Shown here: in pieces, positions 17,105 through 27,544 of the stretch
How the letters are laid out: every line of letters starts with the position of its first letter
How positions within the stretch are numbered: the first letter of the stretch is position 1
Source: Candidatus Microgenomates bacterium
Lineage (GTDB): Bacteria > Patescibacteriota > Microgenomatia > UBA8517
Direction of reading: 5' to 3'
Assembly: GCA_049523135.1 (NCBI GenBank)
Contig: JBEKNE010000001.1
Coordinates: 82,095 to 146,094 of the forward strand
Length of the DNA: 64,000 nt
Notes under the pieces: model-generated
The model's input: the letters and a program-made list of their open reading frames with translations, nothing else
The model's database searches: none
Told to the model about the DNA's origin: nothing
Translations under genes and position numbers: made by a program

Positions 17105-17466
17105 ATAAACTCTTGGCAATATCACTAGCTCCAAATGGCAACGGTTTTACTGGTATAGGAACCAGTCCACTTGCAAACCCCGGCGGTAATTCTGTTAGCA
17201 TTTTCTCAAATTTTCTATCTACCATAGTCGGTGTTATGACAATTGTCGCCGTAATTTGGGCTGTTTTTACTATAATCACAGGAGCCATTGCAATTATCGG
17301 TTCCGGTGGAGATAAGCAGGCACTCGAAAGCGCAAGAAAAAGAATAACAACAGGAATTATTGGATTGATAATTGTTATAATCGCGCTTTTTATAGTCGAA
17401 ATTGTAGGTCACATTCTCGGAATTGAAAATATATTGAATATTCAACAGCTTTTAAATTTAAAATGA
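17101..17466 (+). CDS. VirB2/TrbC-like pilin paralog 5
   Basis: ...IGSGGDKQALESARKRITTGIIGLIIVIIALFIVEIV... Confidence 0.55.
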   Translation: MNKLLAISLAPNGNGFTGIGTSPLANPGGNSVSIFSNFLSTIVGVMTIVAVIWAVFTIITGAIAIIGSGGDKQALESARKRITTGIIGLIIVIIALFIVEIVGHILGIENILNIQQLLNLK

Positions 17467-17774
17467 TTACAAACCCTGTTCTTAATCAAACTAATACTAA
17501 CGGTGTAAGTTTTTTACAAAATGCTGTTCCAGCTGCAATCGGCATGGCATTTCTGGCAGGGGCCATAATATTTTTTTTCATGCTAATTTTTGGCGCGATT
17601 AAATGGATTTCGTCGGGTGGAGATAAGCAGGCACTCGAAAGCGCAAGAGGAACAATAACCAGTGCATTAATCGGAGTGTTTATCCTTTTTGCCGTATTTG
17701 CAATAATCCAGCTTATCAATACTTTCTTCGGACTTCATATTTTGAATCTCACAATACCTACCCTAAAACAATGA
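17463..17774 (+). CDS. VirB2/TrbC-like pilin paralog 6
   Basis: ...ISSGGDKQALESARGTITSALIGVFILFAVFAIIQL... It shares an identical 33-nt stretch with paralog 5. Confidence 0.55.
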   Translation: MITNPVLNQTNTNGVSFLQNAVPAAIGMAFLAGAIIFFFMLIFGAIKWISSGGDKQALESARGTITSALIGVFILFAVFAIIQLINTFFGLHILNLTIPTLKQ

Positions 17775-17825
17775 AATTAATACTGACTCTTGACATCAAT
17801 AAGCCAGTAATTCAATAATGTACAT

Positions 17826-18158
17826 ATGCAGAATTTAATTGCACAAACAATCAGTTTAACTCCTGCTCCCAACAGTGGATTTCAAAATTTGGGTGGGATT
17901 ACTGCTCCCGGCATTGTTTCTGCGGCAATCAGACTTGCTGTTGTTGTTGCAGCAATAGTCTTTTTCTTTATTTTGGTAATCGGAGGAATTCGCTGGATTG
18001 CTTCAGGTGGAGACAAAGCTCAAACCGAAGCTGCAAGAAATCAAATTACAGCAGCCCTCGTTGGACTTGTCATAGTTTTTGCCGCTTGGGCAATAGTTGC
18101 CCTTATTAACACATTCTTTAACGTTAACATCTTCTCCCTGGTTATCCCTTCTATTTAA
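17826..18158 (+). CDS. VirB2/TrbC-like pilin paralog 7
   Basis: ...IASGGDKAQTEAARNQITAALVGLVIVFAAWAIVALI... Confidence 0.55.
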   Translation: MQNLIAQTISLTPAPNSGFQNLGGITAPGIVSAAIRLAVVVAAIVFFFILVIGGIRWIASGGDKAQTEAARNQITAALVGLVIVFAAWAIVALINTFFNVNIFSLVIPSI

Positions 18159-18207
18159 TACATTAATACAACTTGCTCAAAGTAGTACCACAGGTTAAAA
18201 TGTTTTT

Positions 18208-18519
18208 GTGGGAAGTTTTATTGTAAAAGCCCAAGGAACAACATCAGGGATCGCCACCATTTCCGATTTGGAAAGTGTTTTTACTAGGGTTGTCAGTTTG
18301 GCTCTCGGACTTGCCGGAATAACACTTTTTATTTTGTTAATTGTCGGCGGATTCAAGTACATTACTTCCGGAGGAGATCCAAAAGCTGTTGAGGGAGCCC
18401 AAAAAACTCTAACATATGCAATTGGAGGCTTAATTGTAATTCTCCTTTCTTATCTAATCCTCGTCCTAATCTCCAAGATAACAGGTGTTGATGTTACCAC
18501 CTTCACAGTTACACAATAA
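18208..18519 (+). CDS. VirB2/TrbC-like pilin paralog 8
   Basis: ...ITSGGDPKAVEGAQKTLTYAIGGLIVILLSYLILVLI... GTG start. Confidence 0.5.
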   Translation: MGSFIVKAQGTTSGIATISDLESVFTRVVSLALGLAGITLFILLIVGGFKYITSGGDPKAVEGAQKTLTYAIGGLIVILLSYLILVLISKITGVDVTTFTVTQ

Positions 18520-18563
18520 TATTCTTCATAAAGCCTTAGGGTCTTGGGTTATAATAAATTAAG

Positions 18564-21107
18564 ATGAAAATTACCAAACCATATTTCCTATCACTAAACT
18601 TTAAGTCATTAATAACTATAAATTTTGTTCTATTCATATTTATCTTTTATAATCTAACTATTACTGCTCCAGTTCACGCGCAAGATCAGGCTCCGATTCC
18701 AAATGTATTGGTACTATGTCCTCAAAAAGCTCCTCCTCCAACCGAATTTAATTCGATGAGACCGTTTCAAGCAAACACAACATGCACTTCACAGATTGCT
18801 AATACAGCAAGTTTCTGTGGCAATCAACTAACTTTAAGGGAAACAATTAATGAAACTTACCCTGGAGATGGAGACTGTACAACCCAAGGTGGTATCGTAA
18901 CTTGTAATTTCAATGCCAAGATTCCACCCCATACGATAATAATCAACTTAAGCCAAGCCAACTTGCCAATAATGGGTAATACCGAAGACGTTATTAATAG
19001 CCAAAACCCAACCAAATCAACACTAAGTTCTGCCGACCTTATGAATAACTATGTCAGCTGGTATTTGGAAGGCACAAATTCAAAAGCAGAGGGTGTATCG
19101 TCCGCCATCCAAAGCGATACCAGTTCAAGCAATACAGTAAACTATTCCGGACCTATAAATAAACTTCTACCCCAAGATATACAATTCATCGCCCGGGCCA
19201 ATACCGTCAACCAAGCAATGAATACCCGGCATGATCAGGTGGTCGGTTGTAGTTTTAATATTTCAGTAAATGATCTAAATAGTTTATTACTAACATTTGG
19301 CATTACTCTTCCGAACATCCAAATACTTGATTTCCCGATTCCCTGCTATGGAAATAACCCTTTGCTAACCCAATTTATAACAAGGCATTATTTAAGTGAA
19401 TGGAAAGGTAATACGCCACCGCTCTTATCTCAATATAAAGATCAATTGGATTATTGGAAAGCTTATAAAACATGGCAGGGAAACGCATGCAACACCATTA
19501 CAATTCCAGGTTTTGTTCCAATAATAGGCAACCAAAAAATGCTCATTTGTATAAATAATCTCACCGTCTCTAAATATCTTTCCTATCTCTATTCTTATAT
19601 CCCCTACTCGTCCACAGAGGATCTTCAAGGAAGTATATCTATAGATAATGTTTCCTCAGCTACTAGTCCAACTACCAGTGGTGTAACTGTAAATGGTGTA
19701 ACTTTCTCGGGACAAAAACCATCAACGTTGTTTTTTTCCCACATGGCTGAATCGAATCAAGATGCCGCCCTTCTTCAGAATACCTTTGCACCACAAGGAG
19801 CTGACGAGGTCGGCAATCCAACCAACATATCATCAAACACCACCTGTAACACTCTTGACGTCAGATCTAACAAAGGTGATAATTTGTTTGCCTCGCAACT
19901 ATCCGGAGATCTTAGTTACACAGCTAAATTCTCATGCCAATTTAATGCCATTTCCTCCACTTCAACAAATTGTAAGCCAAACGGGTCTGTGTGTACTGAC
20001 GGAACAGAATGCTGTAGTGGATCCTGCACTCCTGAAGGTATAAACAGCTACTGTATGCAAACTGTCCAAACATGTACGAAAGATGTCTATATTGCCCTCT
20101 CCACTGAATCCAGTACACCCGATGTTGATGATATTTGGTCACGCCTTGTTGCAGGCCCTATGGCAATTTTCAAAAGAATCTTTCCTGAAACCAATACAAC
20201 CGACAGCGTTGGAACAATAATTGATATTCCGGGTTCAACAAGTATAACCTACTCAGCCGCAGGCGTCAGTCAGGATAGTGCTGACCTTAAACTACCCCAT
20301 CTTGGCGGAATATCCGAATATTTTTTAAAAGGAATTCAAACAGCTCTCAGGCCAAAAGGTTTTGGGGACACAATAGAATTTGCACAAACTACCGCAAGTT
20401 CGTGTACAGGCGGAACTTTACCAACTCTTCCCGCAGGTCAAGGGTCTTGTACACTAAAATCCTCCGACACTCTCCCAACGGGTGCAGCAATGCCCCCAAC
20501 CTTAAAGGCAATTCTTGAGGCCGCCGGACAAAGTTACAACGTCCCACCCTCTCTTATCCTTGGTGTTATGTATGGCGAAGGCGCGTTTAATCCGGGTAAA
20601 TATGACTGGACCGAAGATAATGTTAAAGCCTGGAGCACCGGGTGTGCTACCATGCCGAGTTGCAATCAAAACACTTTTCCTTCCCAGGGTCCTGTCCCTT
20701 TTTTCGCACCATATTGGAATAACTTAAAAGATGCAGTAAAAGTTGTCGATCCAGAAAGAACTCCAAACCCATGCAACCTGATGGATACCATTTTTGCCTT
20801 GGCTAAAGATTTGGCATCAGACCAATACGGAAGTAATGATTTTGCAGGAAAAACATGTTACGGAATAAATTTGAATAGTGGCAGTTCTAATTCCAGTTTC
20901 TGCAACTGGAGTCAAAGCGATGTTGAAACTGCAATTAGAATTTGGGAATTTGGTACTGTATACAATGATACTTGCGGAACCAAAGTTGGTGGCTGTGCTA
21001 ATGGTGGTTATGCGTCTGCGTGCGATGGAGATATTTGCGAAAAAGTGGGAGGATCCGGTAATACCAGTCATAACGCCTGTGTTTGGAATATAGCAAATAC
21101 ATACTGA
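18564..21107 (+). CDS. large secreted Cys-rich protein with C-terminal lytic-transglycosylase-like (VirB1-like) region
   Basis: Signal-anchor at the N-terminus. The C-terminus reads ...AGQSYNVPPSLILGVMYGEGAFNPGKYDW..., resembling the SLT-domain catalytic region. Confidence 0.45.
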   Translation: MKITKPYFLSLNFKSLITINFVLFIFIFYNLTITAPVHAQDQAPIPNVLVLCPQKAPPPTEFNSMRPFQANTTCTSQIANTASFCGNQLTLRETINETYPGDGDCTTQGGIVTCNFNAKIPPHTIIINLSQANLPIMGNTEDVINSQNPTKSTLSSADLMNNYVSWYLEGTNSKAEGVSSAIQSDTSSSNTVNYSGPINKLLPQDIQFIARANTVNQAMNTRHDQVVGCSFNISVNDLNSLLLTFGITLPNIQILDFPIPCYGNNPLLTQFITRHYLSEWKGNTPPLLSQYKDQLDYWKAYKTWQGNACNTITIPGFVPIIGNQKMLICINNLTVSKYLSYLYSYIPYSSTEDLQGSISIDNVSSATSPTTSGVTVNGVTFSGQKPSTLFFSHMAESNQDAALLQNTFAPQGADEVGNPTNISSNTTCNTLDVRSNKGDNLFASQLSGDLSYTAKFSCQFNAISSTSTNCKPNGSVCTDGTECCSGSCTPEGINSYCMQTVQTCTKDVYIALSTESSTPDVDDIWSRLVAGPMAIFKRIFPETNTTDSVGTIIDIPGSTSITYSAAGVSQDSADLKLPHLGGISEYFLKGIQTALRPKGFGDTIEFAQTTASSCTGGTLPTLPAGQGSCTLKSSDTLPTGAAMPPTLKAILEAAGQSYNVPPSLILGVMYGEGAFNPGKYDWTEDNVKAWSTGCATMPSCNQNTFPSQGPVPFFAPYWNNLKDAVKVVDPERTPNPCNLMDTIFALAKDLASDQYGSNDFAGKTCYGINLNSGSSNSSFCNWSQSDVETAIRIWEFGTVYNDTCGTKVGGCANGGYASACDGDICEKVGGSGNTSHNACVWNIANTY

Positions 21108-21128
21108 AATCTGCTAGAATATTAGGAA

Positions 21129-22883
21129 ATGAAAAAACTGCTCGTATCTTTTTTACTTGGTATCGTTCTCCTACTCAGTTTTGCTTCTTTGTCAAGAATA
21201 AACGCTGCGGGTTTACCAAATAATCCCAACCTAAATTCAACAGCTGCAACTGCAGATACAAGTACCGGCACTTGGTACAACCAATCGTTTCAGGAGTGGT
21301 ACAACAAGGTTTATGATACAAGTAACCCCAACGAAATATTCGGCGAGCGTTACACCGCAGCACAAGTTCAGTGGGTAATTTACGGTCTATTTAGTTCAAT
21401 GATAAATTCAACAACCGGCCCACAAACCACACAGGCCATACAGTGTTTTCTAACTAACAGTGCCAATATCAACAATTGTGTTAGTGCTCTCCAAGGTGTT
21501 TTTCCTAAGATAACAGCTGCAAAACAAGGTATGATTAATCAAAACCAAAACAAGAATGCAACTCTGTTATCGTTAGTCTTTGCAAGTGATCGTCCGATTT
21601 CGGGCATATCATACATCAAAGAAAGAATTCAAAAATTAAGCCTTGTCCCTGAGGTATATGCACAAACAACTAATAGTTCTGTAGGTTTCGGCTATGGTGT
21701 CTTAAAACCGATCCAACAGATGTGGGTTGCCGTTCGGGATGCCGCTTTTGCACTCTTTGTCATAGTAGCAATTGTCATGGCGTTTATGATTATGTTCAGA
21801 GTAAAAATTTCCCCACAAGTTGTAATTTCTATCCAATCCGCCCTTCCAAAAATTATTATTGCTCTTATTTTAGTAACCTTTTCATATGCAATAGCGGGGT
21901 TTTTGATAGATCTTATGTATGTAGTAATCGGTTTCGTTAGCTTGATGCTTGCACCGATGGCCAACAGTGTTGCTCTGTTTGCAAAGGGTGCTTTTTCTTC
22001 AACCGATGTGTTCCAATGGATGACGGTAGGCCAACTTGGTCTTGGTATATTCGGAACTATGATAATCTATATAATTCTTTTTCTCGTCAGTCTATTGCTA
22101 CTTCTCGCATGTAATTTGGGTGTCGTCGGTGCGGGACTTGTAATATTTATACCTGGCGTATCAGCTGTTCTGGGAATCATTTTGATAGTAGCTGTAGTAA
22201 TAATTCTAATTATTGCACTTTGGAACTCTTTCAAAACATTATTCTCTCTTATTAAAGCGTTTGCCTCGGTTTTATTATTAACCATAGTTGCACCTTTGGA
22301 AATTGCTGCGGGGGTGGTTATTCCAAATTTTGGTTTTAACATGTGGTTAAAAAGTTTTTTGGCAGCACTCTCAACTTTCATTGTTACGGGTATTTTAATT
22401 TTTATGTCATACATCTTCCTGTGGGAGGCTTGGGCTATCGCTGGATTTAGCGGGGCGGGGGATCTTATGCAAACAATATCAACCTTAATTTTTGGTTCAG
22501 TTGCTATCATAACCGCAACAAATTTAACAGGAACTTCCGGAGCAGGTTGGCCCCCACTCATTGGTGGAGGGGGAAATAACCCGGCTATGGCTCTACTTTT
22601 TTTGGGAGTAAGTTTTGTAATTTTTACTCTTATTCCAAAGGCAAGTGAGATTGTTCAAGCATTTATTACCGGCAAACCGTTTGCTTACGGAACATCCCTT
22701 GGTGAAGCGGTTGGACCAGTGGGTACATTTGGGCTTGGTTATGCTGGAAGATCTCTAGCAGACCTGCAGACGCCTTGGCCTTTGAACCGAATAAGGGCTA
22801 TTAGGGAATGGCGAGAAGCACATCCAAACACTGGTGCTGGTATTGGCCAAGTCATGTCAAATGCGGCAAGGGGTGGACGTTAA
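21129..22883 (+). CDS. VirB6/TrbL-like polytopic membrane protein
   Basis: Signal peptide, a ~180-aa extracytoplasmic region, then at least 6 hydrophobic helices. It sits between the pilin array and the VirB4 module. Confidence 0.5.
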   Translation: MKKLLVSFLLGIVLLLSFASLSRINAAGLPNNPNLNSTAATADTSTGTWYNQSFQEWYNKVYDTSNPNEIFGERYTAAQVQWVIYGLFSSMINSTTGPQTTQAIQCFLTNSANINNCVSALQGVFPKITAAKQGMINQNQNKNATLLSLVFASDRPISGISYIKERIQKLSLVPEVYAQTTNSSVGFGYGVLKPIQQMWVAVRDAAFALFVIVAIVMAFMIMFRVKISPQVVISIQSALPKIIIALILVTFSYAIAGFLIDLMYVVIGFVSLMLAPMANSVALFAKGAFSSTDVFQWMTVGQLGLGIFGTMIIYIILFLVSLLLLLACNLGVVGAGLVIFIPGVSAVLGIILIVAVVIILIIALWNSFKTLFSLIKAFASVLLLTIVAPLEIAAGVVIPNFGFNMWLKSFLAALSTFIVTGILIFMSYIFLWEAWAIAGFSGAGDLMQTISTLIFGSVAIITATNLTGTSGAGWPPLIGGGGNNPAMALLFLGVSFVIFTLIPKASEIVQAFITGKPFAYGTSLGEAVGPVGTFGLGYAGRSLADLQTPWPLNRIRAIREWREAHPNTGAGIGQVMSNAARGGR

Positions 22884-22894
22884 GTAAGTAATTT

Positions 22895-25666
22895 TTAACC
22901 ACGGGGTAAAACCACAAAATGCTCAGGTTCTTTACTTTTCTGTGAGGCATCCATAAATCCATACTTAACAACAAACCCATCTCCCTTAGCAGTACCTTCT
23001 ACAGCCTGTCTGATATTCATGTTTTCTTCTTTATGACTTTGAAAGTTATAAAACTTAACCAGCGTTGACAACCATGTGGAATAACCAATACCACTCCTTT
23101 CACCTTCATACCAATTCTTCTTGCCTTTATTAATGTCTTCTTCCGCCTTTTTCTTAGCTCTAAAATTCGCATAGGCAATACGATCCCTTCTCTTTTCTTT
23201 TTCATCATTCCCTTCCCCTGAATATTCCTTTTGTCTATCAGAATAAAAGTTTCTCCATTCGCCATTTATTGCAACAGCGTCATGCCTTGTTATCGTCCAG
23301 AATTTTATTTTATCTGTATAAAATTCAGGTCTTTGAAGTTTATGGGGGTCATCAATCGGTTTCATCCAATATTGATAAAGCCTCTTATCTTTACTGGCTG
23401 GTGATCCATCTTCTGCAGAAAGAAACCCCATTATCCAATAATAATTATCGGCGTTGTCCGTGATTCCTTCCCCAGACAATTCTACTGCAGATTTTACTTT
23501 ATCTGGAACCTTAACCTTTTCCCAATCTAGATCACCCAAATCTTTAGCCTTTTCATTTGGTCTACTTCCATCCGGCGACTTGAAGCCAAGCCACTGTTCC
23601 TCCAAACTTCTTGTCTCTCCTCGAATCTCTTTGGGAACGTCTTCATTTTCCGAAAGATCTGTTCTGCAAAGCCTTAATTCACTGAGCATTGTATAATCTA
23701 GCTTATCGTAAGTCAGGGGTGGGCCTGCAGACCTATCTCTTATTATCTCCTTAAATCTCCACCATTCTGTGTGTATTGTTTTTGAAAGATCGCTCGCTAC
23801 GGGCTCACCTTCCAAAACTAAAAGCTTTTGATAATCTTTAAAATAGAAAGCTCTTTCTTCATCAGAAAGATTATTTACCATGTCATGAAGTTTTTCTCCT
23901 TTAGGAAAATTCTTTTCTGCAGTATAAAGCTCTAAAGCTAATTCATCGCGCATTCCTCTAATCCAAAAAAATCTACCTGCGTCAGTAACCGCTCCTTTAT
24001 CTCCTTCATCTCCTTCATCGTCAACAATCAGATTCATTCTTTCCGTAAGAAGATACAAATTATCTCTGCTCATTTCAGAATATGGATTTCCTTTCTCTGT
24101 CAAATATCCTCTCTTCCCCTTCTCCCCTTTCAAATCAAACTCTATATTATCACTACGATTAACTGAACCCGAACCAAACATCGCAAGCTTCTTTTGATAT
24201 CTAAACTCTTTAGAATCATCTTTTGATTCAGCCAGCGCGTGACCTTGAATAATAGGATAAGGATCCCTTTCTTCATCTGTTAACCACCCATCAAGTTTAT
24301 ATCGTATTTGCTTATCACCATCTTGCTGGGTGATTGTCACATCTGGTCCAATAAGAAATTTGACGGCAAGTTTGAACTTTTCAAAAACGCCCATTTTTAG
24401 TAACTCTGTCAGTTCTTCATCAAACTCAGGCATTTTTATGCCTTCAACTTTTACTGTAGGATCTTTCGTATTCCTTTTAATTTGCTCCTCCTTTAATTGG
24501 TCATGTTTCTCTTTGGCAATTTTCAAAACCCTATTTATTGTAGTCGCATCAACATTTCTATCTTTGTCCGGAACATAGTCAAGTATCTCTTCAAGGTTCT
24601 GGGTTTCGTTTAGATGTTTTTCCAACTTCCCTCGTGTTTCACTCATACCAATCAAATAAAAAAGTCTCATTGCTTTGTCTCTCTTGTCCCCAAGCTCATG
24701 ATTTTCTGCTTTTTCAGGAGTTATTTTTGAGATATCTGCTGCATTAAAAAACCACTTAATCTGTTTATTGGTAAAGTATATTTGATATTTATAGAACTGT
24801 TCAACCATAACTTCCAACGAAGCCCTATTCCTATCAAAGGCTATTGTCTGGTTTTGTAATTCCTCTCCGGTTATAAGTTGTTGATGGAGAGCCTCATGGG
24901 CTTTTGCTAATGCAAGTCTTTCCTTTTGGGTTCCGAAATTAACAACCTCTTTTATGACAGGCACCATCTCGGTTTTTTCCACAGTTCTAAGAGGACCTAT
25001 TCTGTCTAATGTCTGTTGATTTAATTCAGCTTCTCTTTCAATAACAGTACTTGGCTTTTCTCCACCTTTCTCCTTCCTTATACTTAATGCATAGCCCGAA
25101 ACACGCACTTCTCCTTGAACTAAGTCACCATTAGAAGCAATTAAACCATCCCCCGAGATGACGCTTTCTTTACGTAGACCATAAGTTACACTTAGATCAA
25201 GATCAACACCCTCCTTCTCATTAATTGAGACCTTTCCTTCCTTCGTAACCCCAATTACTTGAGGGGTTTTTGCAGCAGTAGCGGCGGCATTAAACTCACT
25301 CATTAATATATCGGCAAATGCTTGTGCCTCAGTTCCTGACAATTCTACAGAACCTTTTTCGTAAGCCCTCTGTCCCTCAAGGGCGGTTCTTTTCAAACCA
25401 GAAAAAGTAAACCTGTCTATAGATTCACCAAAATGTGGATTTTCATAATCAATAAGAAGTTCCTTTACTGCTGCTACATCCTTGGAATTTTCAGCATGTG
25501 TTAAACGATTTACAAGGCGGTCTCTTTTGGCAAAATCTTCTTCTCTTTGTGTAGCGAACTGTGCTTCAAACTGCTCCATCCCTGACTTCTGCGGTTCTGA
25601 TTGGTTTGGACTTAAACTTGGATATGTTTCAGTGAGATTGGCCATTATGGTTAAATTATATAACAA
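22895..25666 (-). CDS. large hypothetical cytoplasmic protein (923 aa), opposite strand within T4SS-like locus
   Basis: Long highly charged ORF with no TM segments and no Walker motif. I recognise no domain in it. Confidence 0.5.
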   Translation of the reverse strand: MLYNLTIMANLTETYPSLSPNQSEPQKSGMEQFEAQFATQREEDFAKRDRLVNRLTHAENSKDVAAVKELLIDYENPHFGESIDRFTFSGLKRTALEGQRAYEKGSVELSGTEAQAFADILMSEFNAAATAAKTPQVIGVTKEGKVSINEKEGVDLDLSVTYGLRKESVISGDGLIASNGDLVQGEVRVSGYALSIRKEKGGEKPSTVIEREAELNQQTLDRIGPLRTVEKTEMVPVIKEVVNFGTQKERLALAKAHEALHQQLITGEELQNQTIAFDRNRASLEVMVEQFYKYQIYFTNKQIKWFFNAADISKITPEKAENHELGDKRDKAMRLFYLIGMSETRGKLEKHLNETQNLEEILDYVPDKDRNVDATTINRVLKIAKEKHDQLKEEQIKRNTKDPTVKVEGIKMPEFDEELTELLKMGVFEKFKLAVKFLIGPDVTITQQDGDKQIRYKLDGWLTDEERDPYPIIQGHALAESKDDSKEFRYQKKLAMFGSGSVNRSDNIEFDLKGEKGKRGYLTEKGNPYSEMSRDNLYLLTERMNLIVDDEGDEGDKGAVTDAGRFFWIRGMRDELALELYTAEKNFPKGEKLHDMVNNLSDEERAFYFKDYQKLLVLEGEPVASDLSKTIHTEWWRFKEIIRDRSAGPPLTYDKLDYTMLSELRLCRTDLSENEDVPKEIRGETRSLEEQWLGFKSPDGSRPNEKAKDLGDLDWEKVKVPDKVKSAVELSGEGITDNADNYYWIMGFLSAEDGSPASKDKRLYQYWMKPIDDPHKLQRPEFYTDKIKFWTITRHDAVAINGEWRNFYSDRQKEYSGEGNDEKEKRRDRIAYANFRAKKKAEEDINKGKKNWYEGERSGIGYSTWLSTLVKFYNFQSHKEENMNIRQAVEGTAKGDGFVVKYGFMDASQKSKEPEHFVVLPRG

Positions 25667-25779
25667 GATTGATAATTAAGAAAAGCAAATCTATTTGTGA
25701 AAAAGGTTTCCTCTTGAATTAGATACTTCACGATATAGGCTGTAATAGAACTGCCCTACTTCGTAGGAGCACTTTAGTT

Positions 25780-26856
25780 ATGGAACAACATCCGATTCCG
25801 CAACAAATTAGTTCTTACCAATTTAAGTTGGTGGGGGATATGACCCTCAAGCAGTTTTTCCAACTTGCCGGGGGGCTTTTGGTGGGTCTAATTTTATATT
25901 CTTCCCCTCTTATCGGGATTGTAAAGTGGCCTTTGGCAATCTTTTCTGCAATTCTCGGCATTGCTTTAGCCTTTATGCCCCTCGAGGAGCGCCCTCTTGA
26001 GCGCTGGATTTTCGCTTTTTTCAAAGCAATTTATACTCCAACCATTTTTTTCTGGAAAAAAACAACTACTATTCCAAAATTCTTTCAGGATGAAACTTCC
26101 GGAACCACTCTTTCTCTGGCTAACCCAAGTCAGGATGTGGCGCTTAAAAACTATCTATCCGTCTCCAAACAGGCCTCAGCTCCCCTTTCCAAACTTGAAG
26201 GTGCAGAGCAAGGGTTTTTATCAAGCCTAAGTGGAATTTTTGCAGGGCTTACACAAACACCAACTCCAGCAAGCCAAACAGCAGCTCCCCTGCCTCAAAA
26301 CACAACTGGAATTAAAAGAACTGTTGAAATTCCGCAAAGCACCCCCATTCGTGTTACAGCACAAACTCCCCATCTGGTTGTTGAGGAAAAACCGAAAGTT
26401 GTGACTCCTTCTTATCAGGTTTCCACCCAACAAGTATCTCCTGTTATTGCCGGCGAGAAAATGATTTCAACAAGGCAAGCTATTTTTTCAATAGACGCAG
26501 CTCCTCCCAATCCCCCGACATCACCAAACATTGTGGTCGGGCAAGTGGTTGATGAAGGAAGAAAAATTGTCGAGGGGGCTATTATGGAAATACGGGATGA
26601 AGCCGGCCGGCCGATTAGAGCCCTAAGAAGCAACAAGCTTGGACATTTTGTTATTGTTACCCCGCTTGATAACGGAAGGTACGATATTGCTACAGAAAAA
26701 GACGGTTATCAATTTACCCCCGTCAGTTTTAATGCAACAGGAGCTATAATTCCGCCGATTTTGGTTGAAGGAAGAAGAATTGCGGTGGTGCAAGGAATTC
26801 CGGTTCAAATAGTAAATCCAAATCAATTTGCAACACAACCTGTTAGTCAATATTAA
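25780..26856 (+). CDS. VirB3/PrgI-like membrane protein with C-terminal extension
   Basis: The N-terminus reads YQFKLVGDMTLKQFFQLAGGLLVGLILY...AIFSAILGIALAFMPLE (2 TM). It is followed by a Pro/Thr-rich linker and a beta-rich domain. It precedes VirB4, as in Gram-positive T4SS loci. Confidence 0.4.
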   Translation: MEQHPIPQQISSYQFKLVGDMTLKQFFQLAGGLLVGLILYSSPLIGIVKWPLAIFSAILGIALAFMPLEERPLERWIFAFFKAIYTPTIFFWKKTTTIPKFFQDETSGTTLSLANPSQDVALKNYLSVSKQASAPLSKLEGAEQGFLSSLSGIFAGLTQTPTPASQTAAPLPQNTTGIKRTVEIPQSTPIRVTAQTPHLVVEEKPKVVTPSYQVSTQQVSPVIAGEKMISTRQAIFSIDAAPPNPPTSPNIVVGQVVDEGRKIVEGAIMEIRDEAGRPIRALRSNKLGHFVIVTPLDNGRYDIATEKDGYQFTPVSFNATGAIIPPILVEGRRIAVVQGIPVQIVNPNQFATQPVSQY

Positions 26857-27544
26857 AACTATGCCATTACCTAAAATTCCATATCTAAGCATTCCCGATA
26901 AACCCCTCATGGCAACCAGTCAGGAACACCTTCCCGTTGCCGACATTACAAACGATATCGTTATTTATAAAGACGGCGGAGCCGCTCTTGTTATGGAATC
27001 CACTTCTCTAAACTTTGGGCTTCTTTCGGAAAAAGAGCAGGAGGCCGTGATTGCCGCTTATGCCGCAATGATTAATTCGCTTACATTTTCAATACAGATT
27101 GTGGTTCTCACCCAGAAAAAAGATATCTCTACTTATTTAAGTTTTTTGGATGAACAGGCAAAAAAAATTACCCAACCTCTTCTTGCCAAGCTTATGCAAG
27201 ATTATAGAAATTTCATTACCGATTCTGTTAAGAAGAAAAATGTTCTAGGTAAAAGATTTTTTGTTGTTTTATACTTCTCGCCTCTTGAGCTTGGTGTTGG
27301 AAAATCCGTTGCCGCCATTGCCAAGAGATCTGGCCCGCTTCCCTACGCGGAGTCCTACGTTATTAAAAAAGCCAAAATCACGCTTTACCCGAGACGTGAC
27401 CACTTAATCCGTCAGGCGGGACGGCTCGGAATCAAATTCAGACAGCTTTCTACAAATGAGCTAATTGATCTTTATTATTCCGTTTACAATCCCGAAAGTC
27501 CCGCCGTTAAAAAAGAACCTGAAGTTATACTTGAACACAAATGA
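26828..27544 (+). CDS. hypothetical T4SS-associated protein
   Basis: 238-aa ORF translationally coupled to VirB4 (4-nt overlap). No recognisable motif. Confidence 0.4.
   Translation: MQHNLLVNIKTMPLPKIPYLSIPDKPLMATSQEHLPVADITNDIVIYKDGGAALVMESTSLNFGLLSEKEQEAVIAAYAAMINSLTFSIQIVVLTQKKDISTYLSFLDEQAKKITQPLLAKLMQDYRNFITDSVKKKNVLGKRFFVVLYFSPLELGVGKSVAAIAKRSGPLPYAESYVIKKAKITLYPRRDHLIRQAGRLGIKFRQLSTNELIDLYYSVYNPESPAVKKEPEVILEHK

Noticed and set aside
15229-18519. Possibility that the regularly spaced similar units are a CRISPR array or non-coding tandem repeat
   Set aside because: The units are 300-380 nt, protein-coding, with diverged sequence and intact start and stop codons. No short direct repeats with unique spacers occur anywhere in the window.
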